This document shows positions 11,170 to 24,500 of a DNA stretch of 64,000 bases, piece by piece (position 1 is the stretch's first letter; each line of letters opens with the position of its first letter). Source of the DNA: Eledone cirrhosa (Eukaryota); the NCBI GenBank assembly GCA_964016885.1, contig OZ024743.1, positions 378,262,001-378,326,000 on the forward strand, written 5' to 3'. The notes under the pieces were generated by a model, which had not been told where the DNA came from, searched no databases, and saw only the letters and a program-made list of their open reading frames with translations. Both the position numbers and the translations under genes were made by a program.

Positions 11170-11382
11170 CTTAGCTATAGTAGGAGAAACTTGCCCAAAG
11201 TGCTGTGTAGTGGAGTTGAACCAGGGTTTCTTTGACCATATAACTGTCAACTTCAATAACTGGTCCTTCTGTTGAGTCTACCTGTGGATACAGAATAAGA
11301 CACTTGTCCAAAGTGCCATGCATTGGTCGTGAACCTGAAACCAGAGGGTTGCAAAGCAACTTCTCAACCACACAACCATGTT
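11170..11382 (-). mobile_element. tRNA-type SINE head(s) joined to the 5' end of the old RTE; junction tandemly duplicated
   Basis: Minus strand: tggttgtgtggttgag (A box) ... ggttcacgacc (B-box-like) ... gcactttggacaagtgtctt, then RTE codons VDSTEGPVIEVDSYMVKE; then a second gcactttgggcaagt...gtagactcaacaga unit. Confidence 0.6.
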
Positions 11383-11878
11383 TGTGCCTATATCTAAATA
11401 TCTTATATGTTAAATATTCAGATATATCCATTCAAAATTGTAGGGTGGAATCTCAAGATTAACATTTTTTCCATTACATATCAATACACCATGGGAATTT
11501 AAACTAAAAAGGTTTTCTTTTGTCAGAGCAATACAACTCTGAGATATAATACAATAACACTGTTTAGAAAACAAACTGTTTCACAGCAAAACCTTTCCAG
11601 TATAGTTGAAACAGTAGATTAATGCTTTACATTAACAATGACATTAACCTTGATCCAAGGCTCCCATCCCCAAATGCCCCAGTTTATGGCAATTTAGCCT
11701 GGGTTTTATTGCGAAATTATCAAGACATTTTCTATTAAAATTAACAATCAACCAAAATATACAACAATGGCTGATGGAGAAGAAACACAACACCTAAAAT
11801 AGACTAATTACTACAACAACTACAAACATGTATACAAACACATACATATATATATATATTCGTATAAATATGCAATAT

Positions 11879-12523
11879 ATCATCATCATCAACGTTTAAC
11901 GTCCGTGTTCCACGCTTGCATGGGTTTGGACGGGGGTTTTCCCACTTGAGGCAAGAGTGATTGTCTTGCTCGCATAGGACTGCCTGGCAGGTTTTCTACA
12001 GTTGGATGCCCTTCCTAACACCAACCACATTTACAGTGTGGGGCTGGGAGGTTTTTACCGTGTTGCCTACACGGCCACATTACAGCGTGGACTGTGTGTT
12101 TTTTTGTCGTGACACCTACACGATCTCATTTGTTTCGGCCTGGATGGTGTGGCACCAACATAACTTTACATAGAAGGGGGCGGTGTGGATGGGGTGGGGG
12201 TTGTGGGACGGGGGTGTATTTTGTTAGAGATGCCTACTGACTGTAGTAGGTTTTACTTTGTATTTAGGTAAGGCGGGTCTTCTCTATTACTGAGTACCGC
12301 CAAAGGTCTCGGTCCAGTGACATTGTCTTGGTGAGGTGTAAGTGTGTGAGGTCGGAGTTTATCAGCTCGTCCCAGGTTTTTCTGGGTCTGCCTATTCCGT
12401 GGCTACCGTCTATCTTTATTGCCCTGCACTTTGTTATACAGCTATCGTCCTTCATGCGCATCACGTGACCATACCAACGTAGCCTTCTCTCGAGTAGACA
12501 ACATCTGATCCCTCTTATTTCTA

Positions 12524-12528
<5 letters not shown>
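11879..12528 (-). mobile_element. RTE LINE, short 5'-truncated copy
   Basis: C-terminal coding part plus 3'UTR and (GAT)n tail, near-identical to 12771-13430; 5' junction runs into (TA)n at ~12529. Confidence 0.93.
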
Positions 12529-12568
<40 letters not shown>

Positions 12569-12770
12569 AATAAATATATACATACACACACATATAAATA
12601 TATACATATATACATACACACAACACACACACATATATATAAATGGCTTCTACAGAACTAGAACTGTTTCATACAAAGGAAATCTATATTAAATATTGTA
12701 TATACTCTATGTATTGATTATCTTACTGTGGTTACCTCCGATTGGACCTGGGATACACACATATATATAT

Positions 12771-14843
12771 ATCATCATCATCATCATCATCGTTTAACGT
12801 CAGTGTTCCATGCTTGCATGGGTTTGGACGGAGGGTTTTCCCACTTGAGGCAAGAGTGGTTATCTTGCTCGCATAGGACTATCTGGCGGGTTTTCTACAG
12901 CTGAATGCCCTTCCTAACACCAACCACATTTACAGTGTGGGGCTGGGAGGTTTTTACCGTGTTGCCTACACGGCCACATTACAGCGTGAACTGTGTGTTT
13001 TTTTGACGTGACACCTACACGATCTCATTTGTTTCGGCCTGGATGTTGTGGCACCAACATAACTTTACATTGAAAGGGGCGGTGTGGATGGGGTGGGGGT
13101 GGTGGGACGGGGGTGTATTTTGTTAGAGATGCCTACTGACTGTAGTAGGTTTTACTTTGTATTTAGGTAAGGCGGGTCTTCTCTATTACTGAGTACCGCC
13201 AAAGGTCTCGGTCCAGTGACATTGTCTTGGTGAGGTGTAAGTGTGTGAGGTCGGAATTTATCAGCTCGTCCCAGGTTTTTCTGGGTCTGCCTATTCCGTG
13301 GCTACCGTCTATCTTTATTGCCCTGCACTTTGTTATACAGCTATCGTCCTTCATGCGCATCACGTGACCATACCAACGTAGCCTTCTCTCGAGTAAACAA
13401 CATCTGATCCCTCTTATTTCTAATTTTTTCCTTAGTTCGTTTATGCTTTGCCGTTCACGTATATTACTATTACACATCCAGCGGAGCATGCAAGCTTCGT
13501 TTCTCTCTAGTCTGCGTATATCCTCTGCACACAATGCCCAGGTCTCGCTGCCGTGCAACATTGCTGTTCGTATGCAGGCATCGTACAACCTGCCTTTCAT
13601 TTTTAGGGAGAACCCTTTAGCGGCTAATAGTGGTATGAGCTCTCTCAACTTTTTCCACCCAGTTCTGACTCTAGCTACTGTACTTTCAGAGCACCCTCCC
13701 CCACTGCTGATTTTGTCACCCAGTTAACGGAAGCTGTCTACTATTTCTATAGAACCCTCTGCGCAGATGAAAGAGCTAGTATTTTGTGGGCACTTGCTGC
13801 TACTTATTGCCCCAGAGCACCGGCCACATGTAAAATCTATGTTCTTAGTTAGCTTACCTGTGATCCCACTACATCTTTTATGCACCCAAACTTTGCATTT
13901 GGGACACAAAATGGAGTTTCTACCTACGCCTTTCCTACACTGAGCATAGTCACTTCCCGGAGGGGACCGGCGCCTTATTTTCTTTCTTACAAACTAGAAC
14001 TTTAGTCTTAGCCAGGTTAATTTTAAGGCCTTTTGATTCTAGGCCGTGCTTCCATGTTTGAAATTTCTTCTCTAGCTCGGCCATTGTTTCAGCTATGAGC
14101 GTTAGATCATCTGCGTATAGGAGTTCCCATGGGCAGCCGGTCTTGAACTCCACTGTTATAGCCTGGAGGGCAATAATAAATAGTAGGGGGATAAGAACAG
14201 AGCCCTGATGAACACCAACTTTTACACTAAACTCTTCACTATATTCGTTGTTAATTCTAACCTTGCTGACTGTTTCTTTATACATGGCTTGTATAGCTCT
14301 CACAAGCCATTCGTCAACACCTAGTTTTCTAAGAGCCCACCAGATAATGGAACGGAGGACTCTGTCGAAGGCTTTCTCCAAGTCGACGAAAGCTAAGTAT
14401 AGGGGTTTACTTTTAGCTAGGTACTTCTCCTGTAGTTGTCGTACAATGAAAAGAGCGTCTGTGGTACTTTTGCCTGACACAAACCCGAACTGCATTTCAT
14501 CTAGATCAATTCGCTCTCTGATTAGTTGCGCTATTACTTTTTCCGTGACCTTCATGACCTGGTCGATTAATTTAATGCCTCTATAGTTACTCCTATCTAG
14601 GGCATCTCCTTTACCCTTATAACAGTTAACGATGATGCTGCTACGCCAGTCCTTCGGAACAGCCCCATTCTGTATGACTTGGTTGACTATCCGGGTGACC
14701 ATGGTGTGTCCCACCGTACCAGATGCCTTCAGCATCTCGGCAACTATTTCCGAAGGCCCAGCCGCCTTACCCGTCTTCATATCTTTGATTGCCTTATTAT
14801 ACTACCCTCGACTAACACTGCTGGTCCCTCTATTGGGTCGATA
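12771..14843 (-). mobile_element. RTE LINE, 5'-truncated, RT split by frameshifts/stops
   Basis: ORFs 13950..14780, 13724..13909 and 13163..13648 together reproduce the 4773..6293 protein; (GAT)n tail at 12771 next to (TA)n. Confidence 0.95.
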
Positions 14844-15169
14844 TGAAACTGCTACCATCTCTGTTGGTCAACACTAACAAAACTCTGGAAAAAAATTTGA
14901 ATTTTCCTCTCTAAATATGTATGTAAAAACTAAAAAGTTTTTTTTCCTTCATTTTATTATTATTCGTATAATTATGCAATTTAACTGCACTATGCAGTTC
15001 CGTTGTTGAAAAAGCATATAAAGCTGAAACCGGTACACGAGTAAATGCGGAAATCCTTGCTTTATAAATAAATGTTTTGATGTAAAATGAAATGATGATG
15101 ATGTTATACTGAAAAAACTCCCTCTAGCATTTTCTACTGTCTTTTTTTTCCTTTTTACTATTTGTTTTT

Positions 15170-15223
<54 letters not shown>

Positions 15224-15228
<5 letters not shown>

Positions 15229-15347
15229 AGGCGTGTGGCTGAGTGGTTAGAGAATTGGATTCGCAATCGTAAGGTTGTGAGTTCGATTCCTGGTCCAGGC
15301 GATGCGTTATGTCCTTGAGCAAGACACTTTATTTCACGTTGCTCCTT
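15224..15347 (+). mobile_element. tRNA-derived SINE, family A (5' part)
   Basis: A box TGGCTGAGTGG, B box GTTCGATTC, then gtccttgagcaagacactttatttcacgttgctcc core; follows a (TA)n tract. Confidence 0.8.
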
Positions 15348-15465
15348 CTACCTGGAGTTGCGACAGATAGATAGTATTAGCAATTGGAAAGACCAACGGA
15401 AACATTGTTCCCTCGGTCCGATTTGACGAAAGTCAATCGTTCCTTTATATATATAAATCAGTGAC

Positions 15466-15730
15466 GGCATGCCCTTTAGTGGTTGCGTGTTTGAATTCAA
15501 GACCAGGTGGCACATTGTACCCTTGAGCAAGACACTATACTTTACATTGCTCCAGTAAAAAAAGAAATGAGTTGTGATATCCCTGGCACCAAGCTATATT
15601 AGCATCTGCCTTGCCCTTGGGCAACATTGGTGGTGTGGAGAGGGGATATTGGAATGCGTAGGCAATTTCTCATCTTCTACAAAAACACTATGTAAAGGAA
15701 CTTTCCATGTGTAGACCCAAATTCGGTCAT
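15466..15730 (+). mobile_element. Diverged SINE family A copy
   Basis: cccttgagcaagacactatactttacattgctccagt core shared with the 15224 and 61170 copies. Confidence 0.6.
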
Positions 15731-16348
15731 GACATACAGGGTTAGATTAATACGAGGAGGGGGGGGGGGGGCACTTCAGGTTTGGTGGGGCGACTCATAC
15801 ACAAAAAATTAGAGTACACAGCAAAACCCACCAATTTTACATATGAAAGTTAGCTTAGCGCAAGTAATTGGAATTGAATAGTTATACATACAGGTATTAA
15901 ATTCAAAAATTCTAACCATCCTAAAACTGAAAAGCCCAACTGAGGGCACAAATAAATTGCTATGGCCGTCACAGATGGAGCCCCCCCCCCTCCCCCACTG
16001 CAGGGCGCCCAAAGCAATTTCCACCCTTTGATGGTCCAGCAACTGTTCAAAATGACAATTTACAGATTGGTATCCACCCAACAGCCCTACCACCACCACG
16101 CACACATAGATCCACCATCACCGCAATGGGCAAGTGTAATAAAAATACCACATATTTTCAGTAGTCGTGACAAACCTATTGACACCTACAAACACTTCAG
16201 GCTTTATTTCTGTTGCATTCACAGCACAAAACTCCATTGACCACCGCCACTGCTGCCACCACCACAACTACTACCACCACTACTACATATACACTCATTA
16301 ATTTACACACACACACATGCCCTGACACACCCATAAATACATATACAC

Positions 16349-17459
16349 ATTTTATGTCCCAAATGCAAAGTATGGGTGCATAAAAGATGTAGTGGGATCA
16401 CAAGTAAGCTAACTAAGAATATAGATTTTATATGTGGCCAGTGCTCAGGTGCAATAAGTAGCAGCAAGTGCCAACAGAATACTAGCTCCTTCTATTGCCC
16501 AGATGGCTCTATAGATATAGTAGACACCTTCCGTTAACTGGGTGACAAAATCAACAGTGGTGGAGGGTGCTCAGAAAGTACAGTAGCCAGAGTCAGAACG
16601 GGATGGAAAAAGTTCAGAGAGCTTATACCACTATTGGCCGCTAAAGGGTTCTCTCTAAAAATGAAAGGCAGGCTGTATGATGCCTGAATACGAACAGCAA
16701 TGTTACATGGCAGTGAGACTTGGGCATTGTGTGTAGAGGATCTGCACAGACTGGAGAGGAACGAAGCTTGCATGCTCCGCTGGATGTGTAATAGTAATAT
16801 ACGTGAACAGCAAAGCATAAATGAACTAAGTGAGAAATTAAGTATAAGAGAGATCAGATGCTGTTTACTTGAGAGAAGACTACGTTGGTATGGTCACGTG
16901 ATGCGCATGAAAGACGACAGCTGTATAAAAAGTGCAGGGCGATCAAAATTGACGGAAGTTACAGAGTAGGCAGACCCACAAAAACCTGGGACGACTTGAT
17001 AAATTCCGACCTTACACACTTACACCTCTCTAAGACAATGTCACTGGACCAAGATCTTTGGCACTACGCAGTAATACAGAAAACCCGCCTTGCCTAAGCG
17101 AAACCTACAGTCAGTAGGCACCTCTTAATCAAATATACACCCCCTCCCACTACCCCAACTCCCCTGTCTCTGTAAAGTTATGTTGGTGCCACAACATCCA
17201 GTCCTAAATAAATGAGGTTGTGTAGGTGTCACGACAAAAAAAAAAGTCCACGTTGTAATGTGGCCATGTAGGTAACACGGTAAAAACCTCCTAGTCCACA
17301 CTGTAAACGGGGTTCATGTTAGGGAGGGCATCCAGCCGTAGAAAACCTGCCAGACAGTCCCTTACGAGCGAGACGACCAATCTTGCCTCAAGTGAGACAA
17401 TTCCTGTCTAAACCCATGCTAGCATGGAAGATGGACGTTAAACGATGATGATGATGATG
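16349..17459 (+). mobile_element. RTE LINE, 5'-truncated within the PHD finger
   Basis: LCPKCKVWVHKRCSG...LHGSETWAL...RLRWYGHV; 3'UTR and gatgatgatgat tail at 17444-17459; candidate TSD acacacatgccctgac (16311-16326 and 17462-17477). Confidence 0.93.
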
Positions 17460-18429
17460 ACACACACATGCCCTGACCATTACACACTCAATTATTTATC
17501 AAGAATGTAGAAGAACTGTTAAATAATTTTATAGTTATGAGACAACATAAATATGTTAAATAGAAAATTGTTTTACCTGTCCAATAGCAAGAAATTGAAA
17601 CGATGGGAAACTGGAAAAGAATTACAAACAATGTTTTTATATTTGTTAATTTTTTTTTTATAATTGAACATGCATTCAATATTAAATTAAACTGGCAGAT
17701 CCTGGGAAAATTCCCTGGTTTTAATAGATACAAATACGAAATATTGAAGATCAATATGGCATTTTAAATTATTTATTTGTAAGTTATACATACATACTAA
17801 CACACGTATGTGTGTGTGTATGTATATATAAAGAGAGAGAGAGGGGGGGAGTAAAATTAGGGAGGTCAGCCAAACTGTCAACAGCTGGCTCAGAGATAGC
17901 ATTCCAGTCAAAAAGAAATTTTCTCTGCTTTCTTTCCTTAGTCTCTTGCATTGTGTTTACTATTATTCCTTTATGATATAACTACTTTATTATAGTTTAG
18001 ATTATGCAATATACACCTGATGATGTCGCTAGGATCCTACATAACCTGGCCACTGAAATGTACATAGCGTTTGCAGAAATAAAACTTTGAAGGAATTTCA
18101 CCAGTCCGGCCTCCTGTCATTTTACTCAATAATAATTAACTCTGTTTCCACACCACCAACAGGATTCAAAATCAAAGCTGGATGAGTTGCGTAACGTCAA
18201 GTGCTTTTCCTACTATTACACCAAGGTTAACTATACGGAATGACCAATTGTATCCAGTGGTGAACCACCAAACTTAAATGTATATATATATATATATATA
18301 TAGTATGCAACACCTTCCCTACAATCACCCCTCCAATACACCTGCCCTGTTGTAAAAATCTCACCCTATACCTACCTCACCAAATCCCCAGGCATCTACC
18401 CCAACCCCACCCACCCAAGTCTCCAACTC

Positions 18430-18572
18430 ACACCATAAAGTGGTCCCCTTGTAGCCACGAGTAAAGTGCCCTTTCCACACTGTAAAGTGGTTATGAAGGT
18501 GTCACAACAAAAAGTGCCCAGTTCACACTGTAAAGTGGTGGTGTAGGTGTCACAACAAAAAGCACCTAGTCG
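18430..18572 (+). mobile_element. RTE 3'UTR-like fragment (~48-bp internal repeats)
   Basis: cacactgtaaagtggt...ggtgtcacaacaaaaag units match RTE 3'UTR repeats at 17220-17290 and 48480-48570. Confidence 0.65.
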
Positions 18573-18593
18573 ACATCTCTTGTGTACCTATAG

Positions 18594-21500
18594 ATGTCAC
18601 TAACACTACCAATATCACTAACCACAACCAATGTCACTAACACTACCAATGTCACTCACACTACCAATGTCACTAACCACTACCAATGTTACTAACACTA
18701 CCAATGTCACTAACACTACCAATGTCACTAACCACTACCAATGTTACTAACACTACCAATGTCACTAACACTACCAATGTCACTAACCACTACCAATGTC
18801 ACTAACACTACCAATGTCACTAACACTACCAATGTCACTAACACTACCAATGTCACTAACACTACCAATGTCACTAACCACAACCAATGTCACTAACACT
18901 ACCAATGTCACTAACACTACCAATGTCACTAACCACAACCAATGTCACTAACACTACCAATGTCACTAACACTACCAATGTCACTAACCACAACCAATGT
19001 CACTAACACTACCAATGTCACTAACACTACCAATGTCACTAACCACAACCAATGTCACTAACACAACCAATGTCACTAACACTACCAATGTCACTAACAC
19101 TACCAATGTCACTAACACTACCAATGTCACTAACACTACCAATGTCACTAACCACAACCAATGTCACTAACACTACCAATGTCACTAACACTACCAATGT
19201 CACTAACACTACCAATGTCACTAACCACAACCAATGTCACTAACACTACCAATGTCACTAACACTACCAATGTCACTAACACTACCAATGTCACTAACCA
19301 CAACCAATGTCACTAACACTACCAATGTCACTAACACTACCAATGTCACTAACACTACCAATGTCACTAACACTACCAATGTCACTAACACTACCAATGT
19401 CACTAACCACAACCAATGTCACTAACACTACCAATGTCACTAACACTACCAATGTCACTAACACTACCAATGTCACTAACCACAACCAATGTCACTAACA
19501 CTACCAATGTCACTAACCACTACCAATGTCACTAACACTACCAATGTCACTAACACTACCAATGTCACTAACCACAACCAATGTCACTAACACTACCAAT
19601 GTCACTAACACTACCAATGTCACTAACACTACCAATGTCACTAACACTACCAATGACACTAACACTACCAATATCACTAACACTACCAATGTCACTAACA
19701 CTACCAATGACACTAACACTACCAATGTCACTAACACTACCAATGTCACTAACCACAACCAATGTCACTAACACTACCAATGTCACTAACACTACCAATG
19801 TCACTAACCACTACCAATGTCACTAACCACAACCAATGTCACTAACACTACCAATGTCACTAACACTACCAATGTCACTAACCACTACCAATGTCACTAA
19901 CCACTACCAATGTCACTAACACTACCAATGTCACAAACACTACCAATGACACTAACACTACCAATGTCACTAACACTACCAATGTCACTAACCACAACCA
20001 ATGTCACTAACACTACCAATGTCACTAACACTACCAATGTCACTAACACAACCAATGTCACTAACACTACCAATGTCACTAACACTACCAATGTCACTAA
20101 CACTACCAATGTCACTAACACTACCAATGTCACTAACCACAACCAATGTCACTAACACTACCAATGTCACTAACACTACCAATGTCACTAACACTACCAA
20201 TGTCACTAACCACAACCAATGTCACTAACACTACCAATGTCACTAACCACTACCAATGTCACTAACACTACCAATGTCACTAACACTACCAATGTCACTA
20301 ACACTACCAATGTCACTAACACTACCAATGTCACTAACACTACCAATGTCACTAACACTACCAATGTCACTAACACTACCAATGTCACTAACCACTACCA
20401 ATGTCACTAACACTACCAATGTCACAAACACTACCAATGACACTAACACTACCAATGTCACTAACACAACCAATGTCACTAACACTACCAATGTCACTAA
20501 CTACAACCAATGTCACTAACACTACCAATGTCACTAACACTACCAATGTCACTAACACTACCAATGTCACTAACCACAACCAATGTCACTAACACTACCA
20601 ATGTCACTAACACTACCAATGTCACTAACACTACCAATGTCACTAACCACAACCAATGTCACTAACACTACCAATGTCACTAACCACTACCAATGTCACT
20701 AACACTACCAATGTCACTAACACTACCAATGTCACTAACACTACCAATGTCACTAACACTACCAATGTCACTAACACTACCAATGTCACTAACACTACCA
20801 ATGTCACTAACACAACCAATGTCACTAACACTACCAATGTCACTAACCACAACCATTGTCACTAACACTACCAATGTCACTAACACTACCAATGTCACTA
20901 ACACTACCAATGTCACTAACACTACCAATGACACTAACACTACCAATGTCACTAACCACTACCAATGTCACTAACACTACCAATGTCACTAAGACTACCA
21001 ATGTCACTAACACTACCAATGACACTAACACTACCAATGTCACTAACACTACCAATGTCACTAAGACTACCAATGTGACTAACACTACCAATGACACTAA
21101 CACTACCAATGTCACTAACACTACAAATGTCACTAACACTACCAATGTCACTAACCACTACCAATGTCACTAACACTACCAATGTCACTAACCACAACCA
21201 ATGTCACTAACCACTACCAATGTCACTAACCACAACCAATGTCACTAACCACAACCAATGTCACTAACACTACCAATGTCACTAACACTACCAATGTCAC
21301 TAACACTACCAATGTCACTAACACTACCAATGTCACTAACACTACCAATGTCACTAACACTACCAATGTCACTAACACTACCAATGACACTAACACTACC
21401 AATGTCACTAACACTACCAATGTCACTAACACTACCAATGTCACTAACCACTACCAATGCCACTAACCACTACCAATGTCACTAACACTACCAATGTCAC

Positions 21501-24500
21501 TAACCACTACCAATGTCACTAACACTACCAATGTCACTAACACTACCAATGTCACTAACACTACCAATGTCACTAACACTACCAATGTCACTAACACTAC
21601 CAATGTCACTAACACTACCAATGTCACTAACACTACCAATGTCACTAACACTACCAATGTCACTAACACTACCAATGTCACTAACCACTACCAATGTCAC
21701 TAACACTACCAATGTCACAAACACTACCAATGACACTAACACTACCAATGTCACTAACACAACCAATGTCACTAACACTACCAATGTCACTAACCACAAC
21801 CAATGTCACTAACACTACCAATGTCACTAACACTACCAATGTCACTAACACTACCAATGTCACTAACCACAACCAATGTCACTAACACTACCAATGTCAC
21901 TAACACTACCAATGTCACTAACACTACCAATGTCACTAACCACAACCAATGTCACTAACACTACCAATGTCACTAACCACTACCAATGTCACTAACACTA
22001 CCAATGTCACTAACACTACCAATGTCACTAACACTACCAATGTCACTAACACTACCAATGTCACTAACACTACCAATGTCACTAACACTACCAATGTCAC
22101 TAACACAACCAATGTCACTAACACTACCAATGTCACTAACCACAACCAATGTCACTAACACTACCAATGTCACTAACACTACCAATGTCACTAACACTAC
22201 CAATGTCACTAACACTACCAATGACACTAACACTACCAATGTCACTAACCACTACCAATGTCACTAACACTACCAATGTCACTAACACTACCAATGTCAC
22301 TAACACTACCAATGTCACTAACACTACCAATGTCACTAACACTACCAATGTCACTAACACTACCAATGACACTAACACTACCAATGTCACTAACACTACC
22401 AATGTCACTAAGACTACCAATGTGACTAACACTACCAATGACACTAACACTACCAATGTCACTAACACTACCAATGTCACTAACCACTACCAATGTCACT
22501 AACACTACCAATGTCACTAACACAACCAATGTCACTAACCACTACCAATGTCACTAACACTACCAATGTCACTAACCACAACCAATGTCACTAACCACAA
22601 CCAATGTCACTAACACTACCAATGTCACTAACACTACCAATGTCACTAACACTACCAATGTCACTAACACTACCAATGTCACTAACACTACCAATGTCAC
22701 TAACACTACCAATGACACTAACACTACCAATGACACTAACACTACCAATGTCACTAACACTACCAATGTCACTAACACTACCAATGTCACTAACCACTAA
22801 CAATGCCACTAACCACTACCAATGTCACTAACACTACCAATGTCACTAACCACTACCAATGTCACTAACACTACCAATGTCACTAACACTACCAATGTCA
22901 CTAATACTACCAATGTCACTAACACTACCAATGTCACTAACCAGTACCAATGTCACTAACACTACCAATGTCACTAACACTACCAATGTCACTAACCACT
23001 ACCAATGTCACTAACCACTACCAATGTCACTAACACTACCAATGTCACTAACCACAACCAATGTCACTAACACTACCAATGTCACTAACACTACCAATGT
23101 CACTAACCACTACCAATGCCACTAACCACTACCAATGTCACTAACACTACCAATGTCACTAACCACTACCAATGTCACTAACACTACCAATGTCACTAAC
23201 ACTACCAATGTCACTAATACTACCAATGTCACTAACACTACCAATGTCACTAACCAGTACCAATGTCACTAACACTACCAATGTCACTAACACTACCAAT
23301 GTCACTAACCACTACCACTGTCACTAACCACTACCACTGTCACTAACAATGTCACTAACCACAACCAATGTCACTAACACTACCAATGTCACTAACACTA
23401 TCAATGTCACTAACCACTACCAATGTCACTAACCACAACCAATGTCACTAACACTACCAATGTCACTAATACTACCAATGTCACTAACACTACCAATGTC
23501 ACTAACCACTACCAATGTCACTAACACTACCAATGTCACTAACACTACCAATGTCACTAACACTACCAATGTCACTAACCACAACCAATGTCACTAACCA
23601 CTACCAATGTCACTAACACTACCAATGTCACTAACACTACCAATGTCACTAACCACTACCAATGTCACTAACCACTACCAATGTCACTAACACTACCAAT
23701 GTCACTAACACTACCAATGTCACTAACCACTACCAATGTCACTAACACTACCAATGTCACTACCACTACCAATGTCACTAACCACAACCAATGTCACTAA
23801 CACTACCAATGTCACTAACACTACCAATGTCACTAACACTACCAATGTCACTAACACTACCAATGTCACTAACACTACCAATGTCACTAACCCTACCAAT
23901 GTCACTAACACTACCAATGTCACTAACACTACCAATGTCACTAACCACTACCAATGTCACTAACACTACCAATGTCACTAACACTACCAATGTCACTAAC
24001 ACTACCAATGTCACTAACCCTACCAATGTCACTAACACTACCAATGTCACTAAGACTACCAATGACACTAACCACAACCAATGTCACTAACACTACCAAT
24101 GTCACTAAGACTACCAATGTCACTAACACTACCAATGTCACTAACACTACCAATGTCACTAACACTACCAATGTCACTAACACTACCAATGTCACTAACC
24201 ACTACCAATGTCACTAAGACTACCAATGTCACTAACCACTACCAATGTCACTAACACTACCAATGTCACTAACCACTACCAATATCACTAACCACAACCA
24301 ATGTCACTAACACTACCAATGTCACTAACACTACCAATGTCACTAACACTACCAATGTCACTAACCACTACCAATATCACTAACCACTACCAATGTCACT
24401 AACACTACCAATGTCACTAACCACTACCAATGTCACTAACACTACCAATGTCACTAACCATAACCAATGTCACTAACACTACCAATATCACTAACCACTA

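Larger units (their letters stand above)
8200..11170 (-). mobile_element. Old, degraded RTE LINE interrupted by Helitron copy 2
   Basis: Minus-strand remnants: MVKEAIRDMNKGTVAGLSEIV...IINCYKEYGDALE, FFDLKKAFDRVP, LNLTKTKVL...WVHKKG, LCGNEIWAL, and left of the Helitron KNEVS...NVSVHE; many stops and frameshifts. Confidence 0.8.

Noticed and set aside
15224-15300. Functional tRNA gene
   Set aside because: A/B boxes run straight into a SINE core; no clean acceptor stem or Pol III terminator.
15737-16044. hAT-like MITE (CAGGG...CTG)
   Set aside because: Ends only weakly complementary and no TSD visible.
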